Assembly (NCBI GenBank): GCA_964574815.1
Contig: CAZNPL010000007.1
Coordinates: forward strand, 51,246-115,245
Length of the DNA: 64,000 nt
Direction of reading: 5' to 3'
Origin: an uncultured Phycisphaeraceae bacterium
GTDB lineage: Bacteria > Planctomycetota > Phycisphaerae > UBA1845
The stretch's first letter is position 1, and each line of letters begins with the position of its first letter. This document shows positions 20,752-30,432 of the stretch, piece after piece. Under the pieces are notes generated by a model. That model saw only the letters and a list, made by a program, of their open reading frames with translations, was not told the origin of the DNA and ran no database searches. The translations under genes and the position numbers were made by a program.

Positions 20752-22006
20752 ATTCCACCTGCGCGTGGGCGACATTCTCGACCGGGCCATGCGCCAGCCG
20801 CCCGGGCGCAGGTGCCGGTTCATTGAACGGCTCTGCCGCGGCAACGCCGCCATGTTGGATGAGGCCCGCTCCCTGCTGCCGCACTATGAGCGCGCGGGGG
20901 CATTTGATACCGAGCACCACCCCACCACGCAGTGGACGGCTGGAACGCCGGGGCAGGTCACCGCGGCCGGCCTCGGCGTCACGCTCGGCGACGACGTCAT
21001 GCTCGAAGCAGAGCGGAAGATCCCGTTCTGCGTGGATCAGCTTCGCGTGTCCGAGGTGCTGGGACGCGGCGGCATGGGAATCGTCTATCGCGCAGAGCAC
21101 CCCACGCTGCTGTGCTCCTTCGCCGTCAAGATGCCCCGGCGCGAGTTGGCCGACCCTTTGGATCGCCGCCGCTTTTCGCTCGAAGTCGAGATCCTGCGAA
21201 GTCTCCATCACGATGGCATCGCCAGAATGGTCTACTCCGGAGAATGCGCCCAGCGCGACCGCAGCGAGCCGTTCATCGTCATGGAATACGTCAATGGGCG
21301 ACCGCTCACCCGGCACGCTCGCGAACACGGGCTCGACATCAACAGGAAACTCGCTCTGCTGGCCGAGATATGCGACGCCGTCGAATACGCCCACGCCCGC
21401 GGCATCGTCCACGGCGACCTCAAGCCCGCCAACATTCTGGTCGACGACGAAGACCGGCCCAAACTCGTCGATTTCGGAATCGCCAAGATCGAGAACTTCT
21501 GGTCGAGCCTGGTCCACGACGCCGAGGGACGATTCATCGGCACGCCTGATTACGCCAGCCCCGAGCAGCTATCAGGCCGGTTCGACCGCATCGGCCCCGG
21601 CGCCGACGTTTACGCCCTCGGGCTGATCGCGCACCAGGTGCTGACCGGCAAACTCCCGAACTATACGAAAGGCAAGTGGCAGCTCGACCTGACGGACGTC
21701 CGCCCTCCGCAGAGCCCCTCGAAACGCGCGAATCGAGACGCAGAGTTTGTCTTCTATCTCAACAGGATTCTGCTGACCGCCCTCGCCCGCAACCCGGCCT
21801 CGCGAACCTGCACCGCCGGCGAGATGGGCCGCACCTTCGAAGACCTGATCCGCCGCTTCGCCGTACCGCCTCGCCGATCGGCCCTCGACCGCCTCCTTCG
21901 ACGTACGCCACAGGACTCCCCCGGCAAACCCGATCCGCTCAAACGCCCCAGGAAAGCGGTGCTTCGAACCAGAATCCGCTCCTCCGTCGACCACCGCAGA
22001 TACTAA
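20741..22006 (+). CDS. serine/threonine protein kinase
   Basis: Motifs GRGGMGIVYRA..AVK, HGDLKPANILV, DFGIAK and GTPDYASPEQ. I prefer the ATG at 20741 (MATEFHLRVGDILD), which overlaps the sigma gene by 11 nt. The track ORF starts at 20657. Confidence 0.9.
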   Translation: MATEFHLRVGDILDRAMRQPPGRRCRFIERLCRGNAAMLDEARSLLPHYERAGAFDTEHHPTTQWTAGTPGQVTAAGLGVTLGDDVMLEAERKIPFCVDQLRVSEVLGRGGMGIVYRAEHPTLLCSFAVKMPRRELADPLDRRRFSLEVEILRSLHHDGIARMVYSGECAQRDRSEPFIVMEYVNGRPLTRHAREHGLDINRKLALLAEICDAVEYAHARGIVHGDLKPANILVDDEDRPKLVDFGIAKIENFWSSLVHDAEGRFIGTPDYASPEQLSGRFDRIGPGADVYALGLIAHQVLTGKLPNYTKGKWQLDLTDVRPPQSPSKRANRDAEFVFYLNRILLTALARNPASRTCTAGEMGRTFEDLIRRFAVPPRRSALDRLLRRTPQDSPGKPDPLKRPRKAVLRTRIRSSVDHRRY

Positions 22007-22149
22007 GAAACAGCACTGGCAATACGAGCCGGAAAACACCGAGCATGAGAGCTCCTGGGCTCTTCGTGTCCCGGGCAGCCTGCCCGCAACGGCTTGGGGC
22101 GGTCATTGACGGAACCAGGCGAGCGGGCAGGTTCCGCGATTTGACGGAC

Positions 22150-23229
22150 ATGATTGTAGCAGCTATAGATACGATCATGTCGATCCCCGACCTGCGCAAC
22201 TCGCTGCGGCGGCACCGGATTTTACGGCATTGGTCCCAGGCGGAACTCGCAAGACGGACCGGGCTCTCGAGGCCCGCAATTTCGGCCATCGAAACCGGAC
22301 GCCTTGTGCCGTCGACCGCGGCCGCGCTTGCGCTTGCCGGAGCCCTAGACCTGCGCGTCGAGGAGATCTTCTGCCTCGCCGAGCGCAAATCAGCACTCGG
22401 GGAGGAGTGGGCCTGGAAACCCGCGGAGGATAGCGAAGCGAGATTCTGGCACGCGACCGTGCGGGGGCGACACTTCCGTTATCCCGTGGAGCAGACCCTC
22501 GTTGGCACCCTTCCGACCGACGGAATCGCCCGCCAGGAGGGCATCGAACGTTTTGCCACGGCTGACCCGAGCCGTACCATCGTGCTCGCCGGTTGCGACC
22601 CTGCAGTGGGCGTGCTGGCTGAGCACCTCAGGGCAATGGGTTTCCGCCTACTTCCGCTGAATCGATCGAGCGGCGCGGCCTTGGAACTCCTGGGCGCCGG
22701 CGCGGTCCACCTTGCCGGTGTACACCTTGGCGACAACGCGCGAGAGGTGAAGAGCAGACTGGGCAGTGGATATGAGCTGTTGCGTCTGGCGACTTGGGAT
22801 GAGGGTCTCTCACTGGCGCCCGGGCTTGGCCTGACTTCCGTCCGGGCGGTGGTCCGTGCCAACGTGCGTTGGGTAGTGCGCGAAGAGGGATCCGGCGCTC
22901 GTAAGTGCCTGGATCGGATCCTCAGGGGCCGGCCCCGCCCGCGAGGATATCGTCGCCAGGCGGCCAGCCACATGGCGGTGGCCGAGACCATTCGGACAGG
23001 CTGGGCGCAAGCCGGCATATGCATTCGCCTCGCCGCCGCGCAGGCAGGGCTCGATTTCTTCAACATCCAGGAAGAGACCTACGATCTGGCGATGCCGGCC
23101 GGCGCTTCGGAAGATCCTCGTCTCCGGGCCGTGATGGAGGCGGTTCGTTCTCGCGCATTCCGCCGCCAGCTTGGTGGATTCGTGGGGTACGACACCAGTG
23201 AGGCGGGCGAGATCCAGGAGATCACCTAG
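22150..23229 (+). CDS. XRE-type HTH regulator fused to a periplasmic-binding-protein-like (molybdate/tungstate-type) domain
   Basis: HTH sequence LRRHRILRHWSQAELARRTGLSRPAISAIETGR, followed by about 280 aa of PBP-like domain. I discount the track ORF's long N-terminal extension from 21676; starts at 22150 or 22177 are plausible. Confidence 0.65.
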   Translation: MIVAAIDTIMSIPDLRNSLRRHRILRHWSQAELARRTGLSRPAISAIETGRLVPSTAAALALAGALDLRVEEIFCLAERKSALGEEWAWKPAEDSEARFWHATVRGRHFRYPVEQTLVGTLPTDGIARQEGIERFATADPSRTIVLAGCDPAVGVLAEHLRAMGFRLLPLNRSSGAALELLGAGAVHLAGVHLGDNAREVKSRLGSGYELLRLATWDEGLSLAPGLGLTSVRAVVRANVRWVVREEGSGARKCLDRILRGRPRPRGYRRQAASHMAVAETIRTGWAQAGICIRLAAAQAGLDFFNIQEETYDLAMPAGASEDPRLRAVMEAVRSRAFRRQLGGFVGYDTSEAGEIQEIT

Positions 23230-23247
23230 CACACATGGGTCCGTGAG

Positions 23248-24087
23248 ATGAGACAGACTGCCCCATGCCCCGGGAAGGCGCTGCGCAGGAGTCGGGTGTC
23301 TGCGAGTAAACCGCAACGAGTGCTGGCAGGAGGCCGTAGCGGCACCCGTTCGAGTACGTGGCTGTCCGTCAGGTTTGGCAGAGAGCGGGCGCCTCTCAGA
23401 AGGCATCCGGGATTTACGTTGATCGAACTGCTGATCGTAATCAGCATGAGCGCCCTGCTGATCGGCATCCTGATCCCGGCCCTGAGCAGCGCGCGTGGCG
23501 TCTCGCGCGGCGTCAAGTGCGCTTCAAACCTGCGCCAATGGGCTATCGCGGTTCGCTTGTACGCCGACGCCAACAACGGTTACCTCCCGCGCCGCGGGCA
23601 GGGTGTGCAGCCAACGATGCAGATCGAACGGCCCGAGGACTGGTTCAACGCCCTGCCCCCAATCCTTACGATGAAAACCTACGCCCAGCGTGTCGAACAA
23701 GGACGGATACCCGAGCCGGAGGAAGGCAGCCTGTGGTCCTGTCCCTCTGCGCGCGACGTAGACCACAAGTACTTCTTCGCCTACGCGATGAACATGATGC
23801 TTTCGACCTGGTGGGCGGAGGAGCCGGACCGCATCGACAACGTAGGTCCATCCCAGACGATGGTGTTCATGGCCGACGGGCCTGGCACCCATTGCTCAAC
23901 CCTCCCCTCTTACGAAAGTTTCAGTCCTGTAGCCCGCCACCAGGGACGCGTGAATCTTGTTTTTCTCGACACGCATACGTCCTCTTACCTGAGTGAACGC
24001 GTGGGGTGCGGTGTCGGAGATCCGCACCGCAGCGACGTACGATGGGAAGTCCCGGGCTCGAAGTGGCCGGAGCCCGGTCAGCCGTAA
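23248..24087 (+). CDS. prepilin-type N-terminal cleavage/methylation domain protein of the DUF1559 (H-X9-DG) family
   Basis: GFTLIELLIVISMSALLIGILIPALSSAR...CASNLRQWAIAVRLYADANNGYLP. The exact start is uncertain because the pre-G leader is unusually long. Confidence 0.8.
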   Translation: MRQTAPCPGKALRRSRVSASKPQRVLAGGRSGTRSSTWLSVRFGRERAPLRRHPGFTLIELLIVISMSALLIGILIPALSSARGVSRGVKCASNLRQWAIAVRLYADANNGYLPRRGQGVQPTMQIERPEDWFNALPPILTMKTYAQRVEQGRIPEPEEGSLWSCPSARDVDHKYFFAYAMNMMLSTWWAEEPDRIDNVGPSQTMVFMADGPGTHCSTLPSYESFSPVARHQGRVNLVFLDTHTSSYLSERVGCGVGDPHRSDVRWEVPGSKWPEPGQP

Positions 24088-24150
24088 GATCGGACGAGAG
24101 AGGAATTGCCGCGATTCTGAATTCGCAATCCAGAAAGAAGAGGCAGGAAC

Positions 24151-24948
24151 ATGCTGACCCGTATCCCAAGCAGCCGGGTGATCCGGCCTGCTGTTTTCGT
24201 CATCTGCATTTGCGGCTTGTGCAATCTGGCCCTGGGGGGCATTGTGTCTGTCGCAACACCAACGGACGATGCCTTCGTGAGCGAGGCCGCACCCACTCTG
24301 AATTACGGAGTTGCGGGAGGCCTCTCTGTGGCTGGCCCGGGCGCCGTCAACGGGCAAGGTGATCCGCAGGGACGGTTCGATTCGATCCTGAAGTTCGACG
24401 TAGCCGAAGCCGTCGCAACCTTCGACTCCGCCTACGGCGCCGGTAACTGGGAGATCGACTCCGTCGACCTAGAGGTGGGTGAGCAGGGGGCTCCCAACAA
24501 CCCGATATTCAACCGCGGTGTCGGTGAATTCGAGCTCTTCTGGCTCGACGACGATAGCTGGATTGAAGGCCCCGGCAGGCCCAACAACCCTCCCGAAGGC
24601 TCAGGCAACGAGATCACTTGGAACCTCCTGCAGACCATGCTCGGTGCCGCGAACACGGCATCGCTCGGTATCTTCGCGAACGAAGGCACCGACGGAGGGC
24701 GCGACTACGAACTGGGGGTTGCAGAGTCATTCGTCAATGACCTGATCAGCGGGGGATTGGTCTCCCTCTATGCAGCGCCCGTCAGTGACACTATGGGCTT
24801 CACATTCAACTCCGTCAACAACACGTGGGGCGAGCCTCCGCAGCTCGTAATCACGGCCGTCCCTGAACCCGGAACGATTTTCCTTGTGCTGTCCGGTCTC
24901 GTGCTGATCACACGACGCACCGGCAAAGGAGGGAGGGCTGCCGCATGA
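24151..24948 (+). CDS. secreted protein with C-terminal PEP-CTERM sorting signal (DNRLRE-like N-terminal domain, tentative)
   Basis: 265 aa with a signal peptide. The C-terminus is VPEPGTIFLVLSGLVLITRRTGK (VPEP, TM segment, basic cluster). Confidence 0.75.
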   Translation: MLTRIPSSRVIRPAVFVICICGLCNLALGGIVSVATPTDDAFVSEAAPTLNYGVAGGLSVAGPGAVNGQGDPQGRFDSILKFDVAEAVATFDSAYGAGNWEIDSVDLEVGEQGAPNNPIFNRGVGEFELFWLDDDSWIEGPGRPNNPPEGSGNEITWNLLQTMLGAANTASLGIFANEGTDGGRDYELGVAESFVNDLISGGLVSLYAAPVSDTMGFTFNSVNNTWGEPPQLVITAVPEPGTIFLVLSGLVLITRRTGKGGRAAA

Positions 24949-25913
24949 TCAATCACCTAAGCCCACGCTTCGTCATAATCCTCGCACTGCTGGCGCCCGC
25001 CTCGTGCCGCACGACGGGACCCACGGCCCAAACAACCGAACAACAGACAGTCCGCTGCGCCGTGATCGGTGGCATGGTGAGTACGGGCATGTGGCAGGCT
25101 CTATCCAAGCGGTTCGAGGAGGCTACAGGCTACCGCGTCGAGATCATCGCCGCCGGCCCCAAGCAGGCGATCGCCCCGGCCATGCGCGAGGGTCGAGCGG
25201 ACCTCATCACCATGCACGCGAGCGACACCATCATCAACCTGGTGGCTGACGGCTACGCGGTCGATCCGCAGCCATGGGCGAAGAACGATCTTGTCATCGT
25301 CGGTCCGGCAGACGACCCCGCTGGTATCCGTGGCCTGAACGATGCCACCGAGGCCATGCGCAAGATCGTCCGCGCCGGCTCCCCCTTCGCAGTCCACCAG
25401 AGCCTCGGTGCCCAAGAAGTGCTACGCAACGTTCTTCACGAAGCAGGGGTCTCCCTTGATCCTGAGGCCAACTTCATACCACCCGAGGAGCTCGGCGCCA
25501 GAATCCTCGCCTACGCCGCCAAACACGAGGCGTACACGTTGGTGGGACGAATTCCATTTCTCAGCGGTAAGATGCCCCGCGCGGGCCTGGAGCTCATGGT
25601 TCAGGGCGACCCCCGTTTGCGAAGACCCTATGTCGTCGCGGTGGCCAATCCAAAGCGCTGGCCCGAAGCCCACTACGAGGCGGCCCGGCGAATGGCCGGC
25701 TTCCTCCGAGAGCGCGAGACACAAGCGTGGCTGGCTGACTTCGGACGCGGCAAACTCGACGATAACCCGCTTTTCTTCCCAGTCGTGGTCGAGCGTGGCC
25801 ACCACTGCGACCACCGTTCGAGCGTCGCTCGCACGTGCTCCCTTTGCGCATCTGCTCCGATTCTTGATCGGCAAGATCGCTCTCCAGCTCGGATGAAGAA
25901 TGAGGAAACGTGA
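24945..25913 (+). CDS. tungstate/molybdate-type ABC substrate-binding protein (TupA-like)
   Basis: 322 aa with a signal peptide, then VRCAVIGGMVSTGMWQALSKRFEEATGYRVEIIAAGPK...DLITMHASD. ATGA overlap with the preceding gene. No cognate permease or ATPase is present nearby. Confidence 0.6.
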   Translation: MINHLSPRFVIILALLAPASCRTTGPTAQTTEQQTVRCAVIGGMVSTGMWQALSKRFEEATGYRVEIIAAGPKQAIAPAMREGRADLITMHASDTIINLVADGYAVDPQPWAKNDLVIVGPADDPAGIRGLNDATEAMRKIVRAGSPFAVHQSLGAQEVLRNVLHEAGVSLDPEANFIPPEELGARILAYAAKHEAYTLVGRIPFLSGKMPRAGLELMVQGDPRLRRPYVVAVANPKRWPEAHYEAARRMAGFLRERETQAWLADFGRGKLDDNPLFFPVVVERGHHCDHRSSVARTCSLCASAPILDRQDRSPARMKNEET

Positions 25914-26510
25914 TTCCGCGGCACAACGCACCGCTCCTGACCGTCGGGAATACGGACCATTTTACGAAGGTAAGTCTGTGTCAGGTCGGGATTCTTACAC
26001 GCAATTTCAAAAAAACCCGGAGAACCGCGGCCGTGGTGTGGTTGCGCAAGAGACACCCCACCTGCCTTCAGAAAACCCAAGCTCCACGTTCTTATAGATT
26101 TAGCACAGGAACCGAAAGCAACGGGCGGCTCCGGGCTGCACTCAGCCGTTCCCCCCTACGTCTCTCAATTGTTCAAGATTCAACGAGCGCTCCGAAATGC
26201 CTCGGGCCGGCGACTGGAAACGACGTCAACGCTTGCCGAACCCGCTTCCCCCGCCGGCACGACGACAGACCGACTGCGCCAGGGCGTAGAGCCTGTACAA
26301 AGCCGAGCTTGCCGTTATGCGCTGTCAAGAACGCGCCATTTGCCACGCGGAGAACGGCGATAACCTCAAAAGGCCGGGTGTTTCGGTGAGCACTGCTTCG
26401 ACCGCGCCTTGGCCATCAGCACGCCGATCCGCTAAGATCCTCGGGGGCCAGCCCCTGGAAAAGTATGAATTATGGCTTTAGCTGTGGGGCGAAGCAAATG
26501 ATGCCTGGAC

Positions 26511-28184
26511 GTGGCCAGCCCCCTGGTGCTGCTCTTGGCTCATCCAGGACGTAGGGCGTGCAACATGCGCAAAGACGCCGAGGCTAAAGACCGGCTGATC
26601 GAGGAGTTGCAGGAGGCGCGTGCTCGCATCGAGGAACTCGAGCGCGCCGAGCTGGCCCATCGCCGGACCGAGCAGGCCCTGCGCGAAAGTGAGGCACGCT
26701 ACCACGACCTGTTCGACAACGTACCCCTCGCGCTCTACCGCACCACGCCCGAAGGGCGGATTCTGGCCGCCAACCCTACCCTGGTGAACCTGCTCGGATT
26801 TCCCAGCCTCGACGAACTTCTCAGGGCCGACGTTCGATCCCTGTACGCTGAGTCCAGCTCCCGCCAAGAGCTGCTCGAGGAGATCGACCGAGGGAGCGTG
26901 GCATTCGCGCTCGAGTTTCAGCTTCGCCGTTACGATGGCATGCGGATCTGGGTCAGAGAAAACGTCCGGGCCGTCCGCGATGCTTCCGGCAACGTGATCT
27001 GCTACGAGGGAAGCCTCGAAGACATTACCGAACGCAAGCGGGCACAGGAGGCGTTGCGAAAGGAGCGCGATTTCAGCACCAGCTTGATCGAGGCCTCCCC
27101 CACGTTCTTTGTCGCCATCAGCGCGCAGGGACGAACTTTGATGATGAACCAGGCGATGCTGACCGCATTGGGCTACTCGCGGGAGGAGGCGATCGGCAAG
27201 GACTATCTCGATACCTTCATCCCTGAAGATGATCACAAGAAACTCGCGGACGTTTTCGAGAGGCTGGTCCACGACCGGAAGCCCACGCTGAACGAGAACC
27301 GGGTGCGGGCGAAGGACGGCCGCGAGATTCTGGTCGAATGGCATGGCCGCCCGATCTTTACCGAAAGCGGGGAATTCAATTACTTCTTCGGCGTCGGTAT
27401 TGACATTACGGAACGCCGACGCGCCGAAGAAGAGAGGGCCAGGGTGGAGGCTCAGCTTCGCCAGGCGCACAAGATGCAGGCAATCGGGCAGCTCGCCGCC
27501 GGCGTCGCACATGACTTCAACAGCATACTGGCCGTGATACTCGGCAATGCCGAACACGCACGGGGAAGCCTGAAGAAGCGACCCGCCGAAGGCGCTGCCC
27601 TTGAGGCGCTCGATCAGATCGCCGAGTCGGTCGAGCGCGGCAAGGCACTGGTCAAGCGACTGATGACCTTCGGGCGCGCCCGCGCCGGAAAACCTCAGCG
27701 GTTCGATCTCAACCGAATCGTCGTCGACATGCAGAACATGTTGAAGCCGCTGATCGGCAAGAGAATCGAGCTCAAGGTGGTCACGGCGCGGGATGTCACG
27801 CCGGTCCGGGCGAATCCCGGGCATATCGAAGAGGCAATCATGAACCTCGTGCTGAACGCCCAGGACGCCATGCCCGAGGGCGGCGTGATCACGGTCGAAG
27901 CCGCCAATGTCGTAGTGGACCGTGCGCAGGCCGCCGCCCACGTCAGCGCCAAGCCGGGCCCCTACGCCGTGCTCGCGGTAAGCGACACGGGGGTCGGGAT
28001 AACCGAAGAAACGAAAGAACGCCTGTTCGAGCCGTTCTTCACGACCAAGCCCGCCGAAAAGGGAACCGGCCTGGGGCTGTCGATCGTGGACAGCATCGTC
28101 GCACAGGCCGGTGGCTTCATCGAGCTGGAAACCCAGCCCGGCAAAGGGGCCACCTTCAAGCTGTACTTCCCCACCGCACAATAG
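26511..28184 (+). CDS. PAS-domain sensor histidine kinase
   Basis: 557 aa. Contains two PAS-like segments (ARYHDLFDNVPLALYRTTPEGRILAAN... and a second), the H-box AAGVAHDFNSIL, the N-box LVLNAQDAM and the G-box GTGLGLS. Confidence 0.9.
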   Translation: MASPLVLLLAHPGRRACNMRKDAEAKDRLIEELQEARARIEELERAELAHRRTEQALRESEARYHDLFDNVPLALYRTTPEGRILAANPTLVNLLGFPSLDELLRADVRSLYAESSSRQELLEEIDRGSVAFALEFQLRRYDGMRIWVRENVRAVRDASGNVICYEGSLEDITERKRAQEALRKERDFSTSLIEASPTFFVAISAQGRTLMMNQAMLTALGYSREEAIGKDYLDTFIPEDDHKKLADVFERLVHDRKPTLNENRVRAKDGREILVEWHGRPIFTESGEFNYFFGVGIDITERRRAEEERARVEAQLRQAHKMQAIGQLAAGVAHDFNSILAVILGNAEHARGSLKKRPAEGAALEALDQIAESVERGKALVKRLMTFGRARAGKPQRFDLNRIVVDMQNMLKPLIGKRIELKVVTARDVTPVRANPGHIEEAIMNLVLNAQDAMPEGGVITVEAANVVVDRAQAAAHVSAKPGPYAVLAVSDTGVGITEETKERLFEPFFTTKPAEKGTGLGLSIVDSIVAQAGGFIELETQPGKGATFKLYFPTAQ

Positions 28185-28413
28185 ATACCACTCGTGCGCC
28201 GGTATAATGGCAACGCGCGGAGTCGGGCGTCCGCAACCAGCGGGATTTCGATCTCAGCACACGGTCGCCGGCCGGATGCGCGACGCTGTAATCTCTCCGC
28301 CCTGTTCGAGAGCACATGCGGCCCGAGCGGTCTGACTCTCAATTGATCTCACGGTCATTGAAACCCGCCCGCTGCGCGGCAACAATCAGCATTGCACAGT
28401 TCTTGAACGGTTA

Positions 28414-29298
28414 GTGTGTTTTTCAGAGCAACTCATAAACCAGGCAAGCGTAAGCCGTGCTATGCCCAGAACCATTCTCCTTGTTATTGCGACGGCGCTT
28501 ACGCCCCTCGGCGGCGCGATGGGTGAGGTAGCTTTGGCTGAGGATTCTGAGACGACGGAGGTAATCAACGCCGGCTCGGGGTCACCCTGCCCCTGGCCGG
28601 GCGACCTCGACCGTACCACGGGACCACCGAACCTCAAGGACTTCGCTGTGCTGCAGCGGTGTCTTGGCCTGAGCGAACCCACGTCCGCATGCGATGCGGA
28701 CGAGTTCAGCTCAGCAGACCTGCGCACGGACAGCGTCATCGACTTGCTTGACTACGCAGCATTCGCCGCACTGGGCTGGCCCCGATCGATGACCATCGAC
28801 TGTGGCTTCGCAGATTCCGCGTGGTACGACCGCTGCGGACCGGGATGCCTACCCGAGGGCGACGCCGTAGAAACCGGCGCGCCCGTGTTTGTCGGGTACG
28901 GCTGGCCTCCAGGCGCTCAAGACTACGGGGTTCGCAGGATCCAGGTTGCCAGAAATTCCGAGACGCTGGCAGCGCTGATGGACCCCTCGCTGCTGGGCGA
29001 TGTGGACTTCGAGACCTCTGAGGTCCTCCTGTTCACGACGCTGGAAGCCGTGGAGCAAGGTTGTTGGGGTAACGTTCATTGCTACAACGGCACGGTCGAC
29101 CTGACAGACGGACGGCGCGCCGTGATCGTCGGATTCGTGGAGCACGGGTACCTGATCTGCCTCCGCATACCCTGGGCCGTAACCCGCGCCGTCGTCGCCC
29201 CGCGTTCCGATCGCCCCGTCGTCATGCTGTTCATCGAACAGCGCGGAGACGTGACGCAGACTTTGACCCCGTTATGTGCGTCCGAGAGTGCGCCGTGA
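28414..29298 (+). CDS. hypothetical secreted protein
   Basis: 294 aa with an N-terminal signal-like segment. It has a dockerin/EF-hand-like stretch, GDLDRTTGPPNLKDFAVLQRCLG...DSVIDLLDYAAFAALG. No family was recognised. Confidence 0.5.
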   Translation: MCFSEQLINQASVSRAMPRTILLVIATALTPLGGAMGEVALAEDSETTEVINAGSGSPCPWPGDLDRTTGPPNLKDFAVLQRCLGLSEPTSACDADEFSSADLRTDSVIDLLDYAAFAALGWPRSMTIDCGFADSAWYDRCGPGCLPEGDAVETGAPVFVGYGWPPGAQDYGVRRIQVARNSETLAALMDPSLLGDVDFETSEVLLFTTLEAVEQGCWGNVHCYNGTVDLTDGRRAVIVGFVEHGYLICLRIPWAVTRAVVAPRSDRPVVMLFIEQRGDVTQTLTPLCASESAP

Positions 29299-29610
29299 AG
29301 ACGAAACGCCCAGCCGCCATTCCCGACCGAGTGAGCCGTGCGTAGCAGCGCCCCGGAATTGCCGGCCGAGCGAAGGCGCTCCACGGAAATCCAACACAGA
29401 ACACGGCCCGCCGGAGTACCTTGGACACGCGACGAGTGCGTTTGCACGATCGCTGCGATTCCCGACACCCGCGTCAGCACGGAGACGCTGCGGAACAGCT
29501 CGGGTGTAAGGGACACAAAGGGAACGCCCCTCTTTCGCAATCTCCGACGTTCTTTTCGCAGGACGGTGACTCGTCTCTCGCCAGGCTCGAAAAGCGGCGC
29601 GCCCGCAGAC

Positions 29611-30432
29611 TCAGTCCCAATGGCCGATCAAAAACACAGTCTCCCCGAGCGTACTCCGGCGGGTCGAACGTGCACGGTACTCCTGAGCGGGAAACCGCAG
29701 GCCGTAATTGGCGGGCCCGGCGCCAAGCCAGCCGATGACAAGCGGATCGATGGGGCGGCAGTGTTCACGCCGGACCTCTCCGAGACTCCGAAGCACGGTT
29801 CGCGACCGGCGCTTTCCGCGGGTACTGAAGAGCGGCTCGAGAAAGGCCACCGAGTGGAAAGCGCTGCCCATGTACGCTTGCACCAGCTCCAGCACAGGCA
29901 CCGGAATAGGCTGGGTCACGTGTCGCAGGTTGCGCTCGACCCGAAAGGCAACGGTGCCCTTCAGGCCGCGACTCGGAGCGAACAACTCCAGGCACATCAC
30001 CCGCAGGCCCTTCTTGACCTCTGTACCCGGCGTCGCAATTCGACCGAAAGGCGACCAGCCGTTCAACTCTCCCCAGCGCCGCGTCAGTCGTTCCACGACG
30101 TGGTCCAACACGATCGCGCACTGGTAAGGAAGCCCGCCGGCAATGGACAACTTCTCGCGCTCGGAATCGGTCAAAAGGGGTTCGAGCCGTTCGCGAAATC
30201 CTCTGTATGAAGTCTCGTGCAGCGCCCGCACGATCTCGTCCGCTCTCGGTGCGGAAACCGCGCCAATCTGTTCGGCACACTTCGACAAATCACGCAGCGA
30301 CGCGGTCGTGCGATGGGAGTTCAACACGTTGCCGGAGTCGGCACCGCGGGGCGAAGGCGCCCTCCGGGGCGAAGTTCTCTCGGATCTATCACGTTCCACG
30401 TCAACGTTCTCGAACAATGTCAACTGTGCCAT
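29611..30432 (-). CDS. hypothetical protein (no family recognised)
   Basis: I prefer the ATG at 30432 (MAQLTLFENVDVERD...) over the track start at 30660. Third-position GC is coding-like, but TTG-Leu usage is conspicuous compared with neighbouring genes. Confidence 0.5.
   Translation of the reverse strand: MAQLTLFENVDVERDRSERTSPRRAPSPRGADSGNVLNSHRTTASLRDLSKCAEQIGAVSAPRADEIVRALHETSYRGFRERLEPLLTDSEREKLSIAGGLPYQCAIVLDHVVERLTRRWGELNGWSPFGRIATPGTEVKKGLRVMCLELFAPSRGLKGTVAFRVERNLRHVTQPIPVPVLELVQAYMGSAFHSVAFLEPLFSTRGKRRSRTVLRSLGEVRREHCRPIDPLVIGWLGAGPANYGLRFPAQEYRARSTRRSTLGETVFLIGHWD

Noticed and set aside
21676-22149. N-terminal 158-aa extension of the HTH-PBP regulator ORF, with analogous extensions at 31257..31901 (RsmE), 62155..62820 (PqiB), 50626..50895 (protease), 52297..52398 (phosphoesterase), 30433..30660 and 60481..60549
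   Set aside because: The extensions overlap upstream genes or promoters, are Arg/Pro-rich, and precede obvious native N-termini (signal peptides, HTH, conserved family starts). The ORF track reports the longest possible ORF, including non-ATG starts.
26478-28181. 567-aa minus-strand ORF
   Set aside because: It is the mirror image of the PAS histidine kinase gene, which has clear H, N and G boxes. It contains no recognisable motifs.
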